Source of the DNA: Bacteroidales bacterium
GTDB taxonomy: Bacteria; Bacteroidota; Bacteroidia; Bacteroidales; UBA932
Assembly: GCA_017428945.1 (NCBI GenBank)
Contig: JAFRPW010000027.1
Coordinates: 7,202-71,201 of the forward strand
Length of the DNA: 64,000 nt
Direction of reading: 5' to 3'
A model generated the notes under the pieces. It ran no database searches. It was not told the origin of the DNA and saw only the letters and a program-made list of their open reading frames with translations. Below are positions 47,831 to 56,794 of this stretch, piece after piece (the stretch's first letter is position 1; the number at the start of each line of letters is the position of its first letter). A program made the translations under genes and the position numbers.

Positions 47831-47875
47831 TTTTGAGCTGCAAGTGCGCCACCAGCTATTGTTGTTCTTTCTCAT
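47825..47875 (-). CDS. trpL: Trp leader peptide MRKNNNSWWRTCSSKL
   Basis: 16-codon ORF with tandem TGG TGG, ending in the antiterminator arm; below the ORF-track size cutoff. Confidence 0.85.
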   Translation of the reverse strand: MRKNNNSWWRTCSSKL

Positions 47876-47921
47876 TCTTTTGCAAAGGTGTCAAAAAGAA
47901 TTCTTTAATGCAAGAAATATT

Positions 47922-48683
47922 TTAAAAATTTTCAACAAGTGCCGCCGTGAACTGGTGAGAGGCGGTTACATAGTTGGCCTCGATGAAGGCGTTGATTGCC
48001 GTGGCGACAAACAGAAGGATGATGACTGCCGCTACAATGGTGCCGATTACCTTAAGGCGGACCAGCCACTTCTTGTTGTTCCAGCCGATGGTCTGGAACA
48101 TGCTCCAGAAGCCGTGGTTGATGTGCAGGAAAATTGCGATGAACCACACGATGTAAAAAGCGACCACCCACCAGTTCTTGAAGGTAGTGAGAAGGAGGTA
48201 GTACGGATTCTCCGCCTCGCCGCCAAGGAATTCCTGCAGCTGCATCTTTGCCCAGAAATGGTTGAGATGGAAGCAGAGGAAGCCAAGGACTATCACGCCA
48301 AGGATGGCCATGTTCTTTGCGGCCCAGGAGTCGTTCTTGGCTTTGGAGGGGACCTCGTAACGCTTGATTCCGCCGCGCTTTTTCAGGTTCTCATAGCTGA
48401 GCCAAATACCATATACAATATGAATAAGGAAGCCAAGCGCAAGGATGGGGACCATGATGTCGATGACGGGGGTGGACATGAAGTCGCAGCCAAGCTGGAA
48501 CCAGCCGTCTCCGGTAGAGAAGCGGACGGCGTCATCGGCCACCTTGCCGAATACTCCGTTCAGGGAGTCTATGACGGAGAAGAAGTTGATGGTTCCGTGG
48601 AGCAGCAGGAAGACGATAAGAAAGGCACCGGAGATGCTCTGAATGAACTTCTTGCCGATAGATGAGGTCAGGAAATTAGCCAT
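47922..48683 (-). CDS. sdhC: Succinate dehydrogenase/fumarate reductase cytochrome b subunit (Bacteroidetes type)
   Basis: SSIGKKFIQSISGAFLIVFLLLH, LIHIVYG, LCFHLNHFW, FLHINHGFWSMFQTIGW (heme His ligands). Confidence 0.85.
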   Translation of the reverse strand: MANFLTSSIGKKFIQSISGAFLIVFLLLHGTINFFSVIDSLNGVFGKVADDAVRFSTGDGWFQLGCDFMSTPVIDIMVPILALGFLIHIVYGIWLSYENLKKRGGIKRYEVPSKAKNDSWAAKNMAILGVIVLGFLCFHLNHFWAKMQLQEFLGGEAENPYYLLLTTFKNWWVVAFYIVWFIAIFLHINHGFWSMFQTIGWNNKKWLVRLKVIGTIVAAVIILLFVATAINAFIEANYVTASHQFTAALVENF

Positions 48684-48785
48684 GTATGGTTGTTTTTGCA
48701 ATTATCAATTATGCAAATATAGGAATCTTTCTTGGAAGTTTCCCAATATTTCAATACTTTTGTTTAATCGAATAAACCACACATC

Positions 48786-49490
48786 ATGTATAAGAGAGTA
48801 CTTCTGAAACTTAGCGGTGAAAGCCTTGGCGGCCCTGCCGGAAAGGGTCTCGAAACAGCCTCGCTGGAGGCATATGCAAAAGAAATTGCAGCGGCGGCAA
48901 AGGCCGGCCTGCAGGTAGCCATCGTCAATGGCGGCGGCAATATTTTCCGCGGCCTGCAGGGAGTGGGCAAGGGCTTCGACCGGGTGGACGGAGACAAGAT
49001 GGGAATGCTTGCAACCGTCATCAACTCCCTGGCTCTGTCCATGTTCATCAAGGCCCAGGGCGTTGACGCAGTGGTGTTTACATCCACTCCCATGGAGCCC
49101 CACGCCAAGTACTACATGAGGGACGATGCCGTTGCCGTCATGGAGCGCGGCGGTGTAGCCCTCATAGCCGGCGGAACCGGCAACCCCTTCTTCACCACGG
49201 ATTCCGGCGCAGCTCTCAGGGCCCTGGAAATAGGGGCCGATGCTCTCCTGAAGGGCACCCGTGTTGACGGCGTGTACACCGCAGACCCGGAGAAAGATCC
49301 ATCGGCAACAAAATACGATGAACTCTCCTTCTCGGAGGCCATCTCCAAGCGCCTCAAGGTCATGGACCAGACGGCCTACGCCCTTTGCCAGGACGGCAAC
49401 ATGCCCATCATCGTCTTCGATATGAATACCCCTGGGAACCTCACCCGGCTCCTCAAAGGAGAAAAAGTTGGCACACTGGTACATCCGTAA
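48786..49490 (+). CDS. pyrH: Uridylate kinase
   Basis: YKRVLLKLSGE, GGGNIFRG, GGTGNPFFTTDS, VDGVYTADP. Confidence 0.97.
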   Translation: MYKRVLLKLSGESLGGPAGKGLETASLEAYAKEIAAAAKAGLQVAIVNGGGNIFRGLQGVGKGFDRVDGDKMGMLATVINSLALSMFIKAQGVDAVVFTSTPMEPHAKYYMRDDAVAVMERGGVALIAGGTGNPFFTTDSGAALRALEIGADALLKGTRVDGVYTADPEKDPSATKYDELSFSEAISKRLKVMDQTAYALCQDGNMPIIVFDMNTPGNLTRLLKGEKVGTLVHP

Positions 49491-49523
49491 TGCAAGATTT
49501 GCCCGTCCACGGATTATTAAGGT

Positions 49524-50030
49524 ATGAAAGCAAGAATCAAACATATTTACGAGATCATTGCCGGGGCAATACTCTCGCTTCTGGGGTTCAACGGATGTGA
49601 TGAGAATATCTTTTTAGGCCCCGTGGAGTACGGGATGCCGCACGCAACCTTTGAGGTAAAAGGCACAGTCAAGGCAGAAGATACCGGAGAGTCCGTCAAG
49701 GGCATAAAAGTCAAGTTGCGCCATTACACAGAAGGGATGGAAGACGAGAACGGCAATCCGCGTTACACAGAGTTGGAGATGCAGTCGGACCAGGACGGCA
49801 AGGTGGACGGCTCCTTCGGGGGGTTATGGCCTTATTACGACGATCTTCAGATCACCTTCGAGGATGTTGACGGAGGGGAAAACGGCGGCTGGTTCGCTCC
49901 GGACACAATTAAAGTTTCAGATTTGAATATAACCCTGGAAGAGGACAAGAAGTCAACCTGGAACAAGGGTACATATCATATATCCTTTGACGAAAAACTC
50001 AAAAGGGACTATACACAGCCGGTAGACTAG
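49524..50030 (+). CDS. Radical SAM-associated putative lipoprotein (TIGR04134-like), copy 1
   Basis: Lipobox LGFNGC25 and VEYGMPHATFEVKGTV; abuts the radical SAM gene. Confidence 0.78.
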   Translation: MKARIKHIYEIIAGAILSLLGFNGCDENIFLGPVEYGMPHATFEVKGTVKAEDTGESVKGIKVKLRHYTEGMEDENGNPRYTELEMQSDQDGKVDGSFGGLWPYYDDLQITFEDVDGGENGGWFAPDTIKVSDLNITLEEDKKSTWNKGTYHISFDEKLKRDYTQPVD

Positions 50031-50031
50031 T

Positions 50032-51102
50032 ATGCTTCCGCTCAGGCAGAAAATAGGTCTGGAGCTTACCAAACCCATCATAGACCGCGTGATAAGGGAA
50101 CATCCCCTTACCACGCTGTTTTGGGAATGTACCCTTCGCTGCAACTTAAGGTGCAGGCACTGCGGGAGCGACTGCAAGGTGACATCGGAGCTCCGGGACA
50201 TGCCGCTGGAAGACTTCCTTCCAGTTCTCAGGAGCATAGCCCGGGAAACTGATCCCCACAATGTAATGATAAACGTGACCGGCGGCGAGCCACTTGTGCG
50301 CCAGGATCTGGAAAAGTGCGGCAAGGCCTTCTACGACCTGGAATTCCCCTGGGGCATTGTCACAAACGGCCGCGGGCTCACCCCGCAGCGCTACAAGAGC
50401 CTCCTTGCAAGCGGCCTAAGGGCCGTTACGGTGAGCCTGGACGGCATTGGTGACACCCACGACTGGATGCGAGGCGTTCCCGGAACATTCCCCCTTGCTG
50501 TAAAAGCAATAAGCATGGTTGCAGCCTCCGGAGAAGTGGAGTTCGATGTTGTAACCTGCGTAAACAAGCGAAGCTACAAGGAACTGGAGCAGATCAAGGA
50601 ACTCCTCATAAGCATCGGCGTCAAGGAGTGGCGTCTTTTCACCGTTTTCCCCGTGGGCCGTGCGGCAAATGACCCGGAACTGAAGCTTTCGGGCGATGAA
50701 TTCCGCGGCACCATGGAGTTTATCCGCCGCACCAACAAGGAAGGCCGCATAACCGCCAGCTACGGCTGCGAGGGCTTCCTTGGCAAGTACGAGGGCGAGG
50801 TCCGTGACCACTTCTTCCTCTGCAACGCCGGCATCACCACCGGCTCCGTAATGGCCGACGGTTCCATTGCCGCCTGCCCCAGCATAAGGGCCGATTACAG
50901 CCAGGGCAACATCTACCGCGGAGACGATTTCATGGACGTCTGGAACAACCGCTACCAGATTTACCGTGACCGCACCTGGATGAAAAAGGACGAGTGTGCC
51001 CGCTGCCGCTACTGGCGCTACTGCCGGGGCAACGGAATGCACCTCCGCGACGCCGACGGGAAGCTTCTTTTCTGTCATCTGCACCGTCTGCAGGAAATAT
51101 GA
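50032..51102 (+). CDS. Radical SAM/SPASM enzyme of the rSAM-lipoprotein system (TIGR04133-like)
   Basis: CTLRCNLRCRHC (Cx3Cx2C), TGGEP, SPASM cysteines CNAG..DGSIAACPS..CARCRYWRYCRG. Confidence 0.85.
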   Translation: MLPLRQKIGLELTKPIIDRVIREHPLTTLFWECTLRCNLRCRHCGSDCKVTSELRDMPLEDFLPVLRSIARETDPHNVMINVTGGEPLVRQDLEKCGKAFYDLEFPWGIVTNGRGLTPQRYKSLLASGLRAVTVSLDGIGDTHDWMRGVPGTFPLAVKAISMVAASGEVEFDVVTCVNKRSYKELEQIKELLISIGVKEWRLFTVFPVGRAANDPELKLSGDEFRGTMEFIRRTNKEGRITASYGCEGFLGKYEGEVRDHFFLCNAGITTGSVMADGSIAACPSIRADYSQGNIYRGDDFMDVWNNRYQIYRDRTWMKKDECARCRYWRYCRGNGMHLRDADGKLLFCHLHRLQEI

Positions 51103-51134
51103 GAATGCCCCTCAGACGGTACTGAGAGGCACTC
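51103..51134. terminator. Imperfect hairpin between convergent genes, possible bidirectional terminator
   Basis: 51103-51115 pairs with 51122-51134 at 11 of 13 positions; no clear U-tract. Confidence 0.35.
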
Positions 51135-51163
51135 GGGTTAACAATATTGATACGGTCAGATGA

Positions 51164-51670
51164 TTATTCTTCCTTGTCTGCGAGTTTGAGCTTTGCGGCG
51201 AAGGAGATGGTGTAGTCTCCTTCGTGCCAGCTGCCCTTCTTGTCCTTTTCAAAGTCTATTGACAGGTCCTCTTCCGAGAGCACCACGCCCTGAAACTCTC
51301 CGCCGTTTGCGGCGCCGTCAATGTCCTCAAGGGTGATTGTTATTTCCTTGGGCTCCGTGGACCAGTCATTGGCGCGGGCGTTCACTTTGCCGTCCTTGTC
51401 CGTGAGGAACTCGTTGTCCTCAATCTGGTAGTACTGCTTTACGCCGTTGTCGTCCGTGTACGCAAGGCGGCTGTAGGATACCTTGATTCCGGGAATGGGA
51501 CTGCCGTCCTCCGCGGTGACCTCTCCAATTATCTTGTAATTGGCGTGAGGCATGCCGTATTCGTCCCTGGGCTCGATGATATTGGAGATCTCACTGCAGC
51601 CGCCAAGCCCCAGAAAAGTGAGGATGGCGCCTACAATAAGCTCATAGATATGACGGATTCTTGCAATCAT
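51164..51670 (-). CDS. Radical SAM-associated putative lipoprotein, copy 2
   Basis: Lipobox LGLGGC25 and DEYGMPHANYKIIGEV; clear paralog of 49524-50030. Confidence 0.78.
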   Translation of the reverse strand: MIARIRHIYELIVGAILTFLGLGGCSEISNIIEPRDEYGMPHANYKIIGEVTAEDGSPIPGIKVSYSRLAYTDDNGVKQYYQIEDNEFLTDKDGKVNARANDWSTEPKEITITLEDIDGAANGGEFQGVVLSEEDLSIDFEKDKKGSWHEGDYTISFAAKLKLADKEE

Positions 51671-51715
51671 TCCGGTATTATAGATGCAGGAATCCGCCTT
51701 TTCGTTGCAGAAAAT

Positions 51716-53515
51716 TTATATAGAAAGCGTCATGGCTCGCAGCCACTGCGCAACTTCTGAGGGAAGGCGGGGAGAGAGTACGCTGAAAACATGCTCGTTA
51801 TAGTTATTCAGCCATGTCTTTTCCGCCTCTGTCAATAACGATACATCCAGGCACGATGTATCAAAATGGCAAAGCGTAAGGGGCTCCCAGCCAAGCCAGG
51901 AACCGAACTCGTTATCCCCTACCGGGCGGCACAGGAGAAGGTTTTCGTGCCTCACGCCGTGCATGCCCTCGCGGTAGATTCCGGGCTCGTCCGAGCATAT
52001 CATTCCTGGAAGGAGAGGCTGGGAGTTGAAGTTCTGGCGGATGTCCTGCGGCCCTTCATGAACATTGAGGAAAAAGCCAACGCCGTGGCCGGTCCCGTGA
52101 CCGAAGTTCCTCTTTGCAGCCCATAGCGGCTCGCGGGCAAGAGCGTCTATCTGGCACCCTGCCGTCCCGCGCGGGAAAATGGCCATGGCTAAATCTATGT
52201 GTCCTTTAAGTACTAAAGTATAGTCTTCAACTTCCAGAGGCGTACAGGGCCCCAGGGGCACCGTACGCGTGATGTCCGTGGTTCCAAAGACGTACTGTCC
52301 GCCGGAATCCACAAGGTACAGCCCGTGCGGTTCCAGAAGGGCGGAACCCTCCCGGGGCGTAACGTAATGCGGCAGCGCCGCCCCCGGTCCGTAGGCCGAT
52401 ATGGTCTCAAAACTGTCTCCCCTGTAACCCGGCACCTCTGCACGGAGGCTTCCCAGATACTGCGCGGCCTGCCACTCGTCCACCTGCCCGGCACGGGAGG
52501 AGAGCCAGTAAAGGAACTTCTCCATCACAAGGCCGTCCTCCACATGGGCATCCCGCATCCCGTCTATCTCCGTGGGGTTTTTCACAGCCTTCATGAGCGG
52601 TATGGGAGAGGAGCAGTACTCCACCTGAGGCAGGGAACTCTCGATTGCATCCCTGAGGCACAGGTTAAGCTGCCCCGGGTCCACGCACAGCCTGTCCACC
52701 CCGTCCAGCTTCAGGGAACTCAGTGCAAAGGCGGCATCGGCATAATCCTTTATCTGGATACCGTCCGCGGCCAGTTCTGCAAAGGAGTCTTCCGTCTCCG
52801 GATCAGGGTCTTCGAAGGCGTCCTTGCGGACGAACCAGAAGGCGTCGTCCATGGTTACAAGGAGGTACGATATTACCACGGGATTGTACTCCACGTCGCT
52901 TCCCCTGACGTTCAGAAGCCATGCAATCTGGTCCAGGGAACTGAGGAAAACGGCATCGGCGCCCCGAAGGACCAGCCACTTGCGAAGCGCACGGAGCTTG
53001 ACCTCACGGCTTTCACCCACGGTGTCCTCACCAAGGGTTATCACCGGGGACGACGGCACCGCCGGCCTCCCGGGCCACAGCGGAGAGAGGATATCGGCCA
53101 CAGGGACGATGCGGGCTCCGGGCACGGCCTCCTGAAGCTCCTGCGCCTGAGCCACGCTCTGGCAGAGACCGTCCACGGCTATTACCGGCTCTTCCAATCC
53201 AAGGGTGGCTATCCACTGCGGGATGGGAACCTGTTCCGGGACCCTCATCTTGTGAAGCTCAACCCCGGTGCCCTCAAGCTGGGTGCGTGCCTGAATGAAA
53301 TATCTGGTATCTGTCCACAGACCGGCGTGGCCGGCAGTTACCACCACGTCCCCGGCCTCTCCGGTGAAACCGGTAAGAAAACGCACCTGGGACCATCTGG
53401 TTGCGGGGTACTCGCTGAAATGGGGATCGCTGCCCGTTATTATGAGTATGTCCCATCCGTTTTCCCTCATCAGGGTGCGGACAGCTTCCAATCTTTCACA
53501 AATAACAGCATTCAT
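51716..53515 (-). CDS. Aminopeptidase P (M24 Xaa-Pro aminopeptidase)
   Basis: LWTDTRYF, DSGGQY..GTTDITRT, HGTGHGVG.FLNVHEGP, SDEPGIYREG..GVRHEN. Start reassigned to MNAVICER. Confidence 0.92.
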   Translation of the reverse strand: MNAVICERLEAVRTLMRENGWDILIITGSDPHFSEYPATRWSQVRFLTGFTGEAGDVVVTAGHAGLWTDTRYFIQARTQLEGTGVELHKMRVPEQVPIPQWIATLGLEEPVIAVDGLCQSVAQAQELQEAVPGARIVPVADILSPLWPGRPAVPSSPVITLGEDTVGESREVKLRALRKWLVLRGADAVFLSSLDQIAWLLNVRGSDVEYNPVVISYLLVTMDDAFWFVRKDAFEDPDPETEDSFAELAADGIQIKDYADAAFALSSLKLDGVDRLCVDPGQLNLCLRDAIESSLPQVEYCSSPIPLMKAVKNPTEIDGMRDAHVEDGLVMEKFLYWLSSRAGQVDEWQAAQYLGSLRAEVPGYRGDSFETISAYGPGAALPHYVTPREGSALLEPHGLYLVDSGGQYVFGTTDITRTVPLGPCTPLEVEDYTLVLKGHIDLAMAIFPRGTAGCQIDALAREPLWAAKRNFGHGTGHGVGFFLNVHEGPQDIRQNFNSQPLLPGMICSDEPGIYREGMHGVRHENLLLCRPVGDNEFGSWLGWEPLTLCHFDTSCLDVSLLTEAEKTWLNNYNEHVFSVLSPRLPSEVAQWLRAMTLSI

Positions 53516-53571
53516 GGCATTAGTTTTGACAAATATAGCTATATTTGCATTAATTAAAAACATCTACAATC

Positions 53572-54483
53572 ATGGCAGAAGATCCCCTCGAGAGAATTGA
53601 GCGCCAGGAGCGCGAACGCAAAGCCAACGGCGGTCTCAAGACCACCCTTTGGATACTAATAGTAATTGCACTGGCCCTTGCAGGAGTGCTGGGCTACATG
53701 CTTTACCAGAGAAACAACCTCGTAAACCAGCTTGAAGGAGAAAAGGCAGAGCTTGCACAGCAGATGACAGAGCTCCAGAGCGATTTCGCATCCCTCAGCA
53801 GCGACTACGAGTCCATCAACCACCAGCTGGACACCTCCCGCGAGCAGGTTGCCCTGCTCATAGACAAGCTTTCCAAGACGGAAGCCACCAACCGTGCAAA
53901 GATCCGTCAGTATGAGAAAGAGCTTGGCACCCTCCGCACCATCATGAAGGGCTACATCGTCCAGATCGATTCCCTGAACACCCTCAACAAGAAGCTCACG
54001 GCCGATGCCGCAGCAGCCCGCAGGGAGGCCGCAGAAAGCCGCCAGCGCAACGAGGAACTCACCGCCCAGGTTACAGAACTCTCCTCAAAGGTCAGTTCCG
54101 GAAAAATCCTCAAGGCCCGCGGAATCAGCCTCCAGGCCATGTACAACAACGACAAGCCCGGAGACCGCCACAGCCGCGTACGCTACATGCTTGCCAACCT
54201 CTCCCTGGTGGAGAATTCCCTGGCAGACCGCGGTCCCGTCCGCGTCTATGTCCGCGTCAAGGATCCCGAAGGCATCCTCCTCATGAACAACGAGTCCACG
54301 GAATTCACCTGCGCAGGCCAGACCCTCCAGGCCACAGCCTCGCGCGAAGTAGACTACGAAGGTCAGGAAGTAGACCTCTCCATCTACATCAACGACACCG
54401 GAGAATTCGTAAAGGGCATCTACACCCTTGAGGTTTACACGGAAAAGAGCCTCCTCGGAGGCGCGGAGTGCATGCTCCGATGA
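53572..54483 (+). CDS. Hypothetical membrane-anchored coiled-coil protein with a C-terminal beta domain
   Basis: Single TM helix (LWILIVIALALAGVLGYML), long heptad region, then a beta-rich tail. Confidence 0.6.
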   Translation: MAEDPLERIERQERERKANGGLKTTLWILIVIALALAGVLGYMLYQRNNLVNQLEGEKAELAQQMTELQSDFASLSSDYESINHQLDTSREQVALLIDKLSKTEATNRAKIRQYEKELGTLRTIMKGYIVQIDSLNTLNKKLTADAAAARREAAESRQRNEELTAQVTELSSKVSSGKILKARGISLQAMYNNDKPGDRHSRVRYMLANLSLVENSLADRGPVRVYVRVKDPEGILLMNNESTEFTCAGQTLQATASREVDYEGQEVDLSIYINDTGEFVKGIYTLEVYTEKSLLGGAECMLR

Positions 54484-55556
54484 TTTACATCCACGTACCT
54501 TTCTGCAGAAGTTTCTGCACCTACTGCGACTTCTATTCGGAGATCGCCACAGACGGCCTCGTGCAAAAATACACAGAGGCCGTCTGTGCTGAAATCCGTG
54601 CCCGGCACAAGGAAATAGACCCTTCACTTCCAACCCTGTACTTTGGTGGCGGCACTCCCTCGCTGCTTCCGCTCCCTTCCCTTACAAAGATTCTCCTCAC
54701 CCTGGCGGAATGCGGCCACGGCGGCCCCTGGGCGGAATTCACCATGGAAGTGAATCCGGAAGACATCGTCATAAAAGGCGTACCGTATGTGAAGAGCCTG
54801 AAAACCTTCGGCGTGGACAGGATAAGCATAGGCATACAATCCTTTGACGATGACCTTCTCCGCTGGATGAACCGCCGCCATACCGCAGACCAGGCCCGCG
54901 AGGCCATAAAGATTGTGCGCGAAGCCGGCATAGAGAATCTGAGCATAGACCTCATCTTCGGCCTTTCAAACCTCTCAGACAGCACCTGGGAGGACACAAT
55001 TGACGAGGCCTTGTCCCTTGGCGTAGACCACATTTCCTGCTACCAGCTTACCGTAGAGGGAGACAACGCCCTTACCCACATGCTGGAAAACGGAGACTAT
55101 ACCGAGGCCTCCGACGAACAGTGCTGGCGCCAGTACTACACCCTTTGCCGCAAGGCAGCGGCCGCAGGGTTCAACCATTACGAGATTTCCAACTTTGCAA
55201 AACCGGGCTTCGAGGCCGTCCACAACGGCGGCTACTGGCAGAGAAAGCCGTACGTGGGCTTTGGCCCCGCCGCCCATTCCTTTACCGGACGCGGCCGCGG
55301 ATGGAACAGCCCCGAGATAGAGAACTACACCCACACGGACGAAGCCTTGAGCGTTGAGGACGAGAAGATAGAGACCCTGATGCTGGCCCTCCGCACGTCA
55401 CGCGGCATAGACGAGGAATTTCTCCGCAGCAACTGCAGCGGCAAAACAATAGATTCGCTGCTGGGAGAACGCGCCCTCGTGAAGGAAGGACGCCGTTACC
55501 GCATCCCGGAAGACCATTTCTTCGTATCCGATGAAATAATAAGAGAACTGGTATGA
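54468..55556 (+). CDS. hemW: Radical SAM heme chaperone HemW (HemN-like)
   Basis: IYIHVPFCRSFCTYCDF, YFGGGTPS, RISIGIQSF, HYEISNFA. The start may be 54480. Confidence 0.88.
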   Translation: MHAPMIYIHVPFCRSFCTYCDFYSEIATDGLVQKYTEAVCAEIRARHKEIDPSLPTLYFGGGTPSLLPLPSLTKILLTLAECGHGGPWAEFTMEVNPEDIVIKGVPYVKSLKTFGVDRISIGIQSFDDDLLRWMNRRHTADQAREAIKIVREAGIENLSIDLIFGLSNLSDSTWEDTIDEALSLGVDHISCYQLTVEGDNALTHMLENGDYTEASDEQCWRQYYTLCRKAAAAGFNHYEISNFAKPGFEAVHNGGYWQRKPYVGFGPAAHSFTGRGRGWNSPEIENYTHTDEALSVEDEKIETLMLALRTSRGIDEEFLRSNCSGKTIDSLLGERALVKEGRRYRIPEDHFFVSDEIIRELV

Positions 55557-56020
55557 AACACATCCGCAGAGCCCTCAAATACTTTATTCAGATTACCGTA
55601 ATCTTTACCGTAATCATACTTGCCCTTATGCTGGCCGGCCTTGTGGCAAAGGACGTGAGCATTGCATTCAAGGAAGGATGGAAGTCAATAGGCTACATCG
55701 TTGGCGTGTTCTTCGTCGTGAGTTTCGTATATCCCCTGATGGGCTACGGGAAGCGAAACATAAGGGCCGGCGGAGCCCCCGCAGAGCACCGCAAAGGCAT
55801 AGACAAGGCCATGGAGCAGAGAGGGTATGTCCTGGAAAGCGAGTCCCCGGACGGGGAACTCCGTTACCACCTTGCTTCCCCCGTGGCACGCTTCGCACGT
55901 CTTTGGGAAGACACCATTACAATAAAACCACAGTTTGGCGGCTTTCAGGCGGAAGGCCTCATGAGGGACCTCGCCAGGGTGGTCATGTCAATAGACCGTA
56001 ATATCAACAGCTATGAGTGA
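55553..56020 (+). CDS. Hypothetical membrane protein
   Basis: Two N-terminal TM helices; overlapping start and stop with its neighbours. Confidence 0.6.
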   Translation: MKHIRRALKYFIQITVIFTVIILALMLAGLVAKDVSIAFKEGWKSIGYIVGVFFVVSFVYPLMGYGKRNIRAGGAPAEHRKGIDKAMEQRGYVLESESPDGELRYHLASPVARFARLWEDTITIKPQFGGFQAEGLMRDLARVVMSIDRNINSYE

Positions 56021-56237
56021 TAAACAGGAATTCAAGACCGTGGCAACATTCAACGAGAAGTTCCAGGCAGACATCTGCGCCGCCCTTCTCGGAGACCACG
56101 GCATCCCCGCCGGAGTGTTCGGCGCGGATTCATCGTACCCTTCCCTGGGCTATGTAAGGGAAATTGAGGTCAAGGTGAACGAGAACGACTACGAGGAAGC
56201 CCTCAAGATTCTGGCGGCTTCTTCAAGTGCGGAGTAA
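56013..56237 (+). CDS. Small putative signal-transducing protein (DUF2007-like)
   Basis: VATFNEKFQADICAALLGDHGIPAGV..IEVKVNENDYEEALKIL pattern. Confidence 0.6.
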   Translation: MSDKQEFKTVATFNEKFQADICAALLGDHGIPAGVFGADSSYPSLGYVREIEVKVNENDYEEALKILAASSSAE

Positions 56238-56794
56238 AAATCGGCCCCAAAGGCATCTGTGAGCGGCCCGCGGAGGAATTCGTAAACCCGGATTCCCTCG
56301 CGGCGCCCTTTTTCATATGCATCCTTGCAGATATGCCATCGGTGCAGGTTTAGTCCCTTCCGGCCGCCGCCAAGGTCCACTACGCGAACCGGGTACAGGC
56401 AACATGAAACCGGCTTACGGAAACTGCAGAGTCCCTTCAGGAACTGCGTCTCTATGGTGCAGGTACAGTTGCCGTCAGAGTCTATATGGCAGTATGCACA
56501 TTCCTCCCTTCCCGGCACCACGGGCGTCACTATGTCCCCTTCCCTGTCTATTTCGAAGAAACCCTTTGCAACCACGGCATCCCTGCCGGCCTGGCTCATC
56601 AGGGGGGAAAACACATCGTAGGCGGCCTCCAGAGGTTCCAGTTCTTCTTCCTTTAATGGCGCGCCGCTGTCTCCTATCACGCAGCAGCAACCTTTGCAAA
56701 CCTGGTAGTCGCAGGCAAAGTACTCAGTGACCATATCTTCCGAAACCAGAATGTCGCCTATCTCTATTATGGTGCCGAAATCCCGCTTACTCAT
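56189..56794 (-). CDS. Cys-rich DUF3109-like protein
   Basis: FACDYQVCKGCCCVIGDSGAPL, CAY, CTIE, KPVSCCLYPVR. Confidence 0.75.
   Translation of the reverse strand: MSKRDFGTIIEIGDILVSEDMVTEYFACDYQVCKGCCCVIGDSGAPLKEEELEPLEAAYDVFSPLMSQAGRDAVVAKGFFEIDREGDIVTPVVPGREECAYCHIDSDGNCTCTIETQFLKGLCSFRKPVSCCLYPVRVVDLGGGRKGLNLHRWHICKDAYEKGRREGIRVYEFLRGPLTDAFGADFYSALEEAARILRASS

Noticed and set aside
49505-49510. Isolated GTCCAC hexamers (also near 34825)
   Set aside because: No closing GTGGAC arm or linker, so these are chance matches and not REP units.
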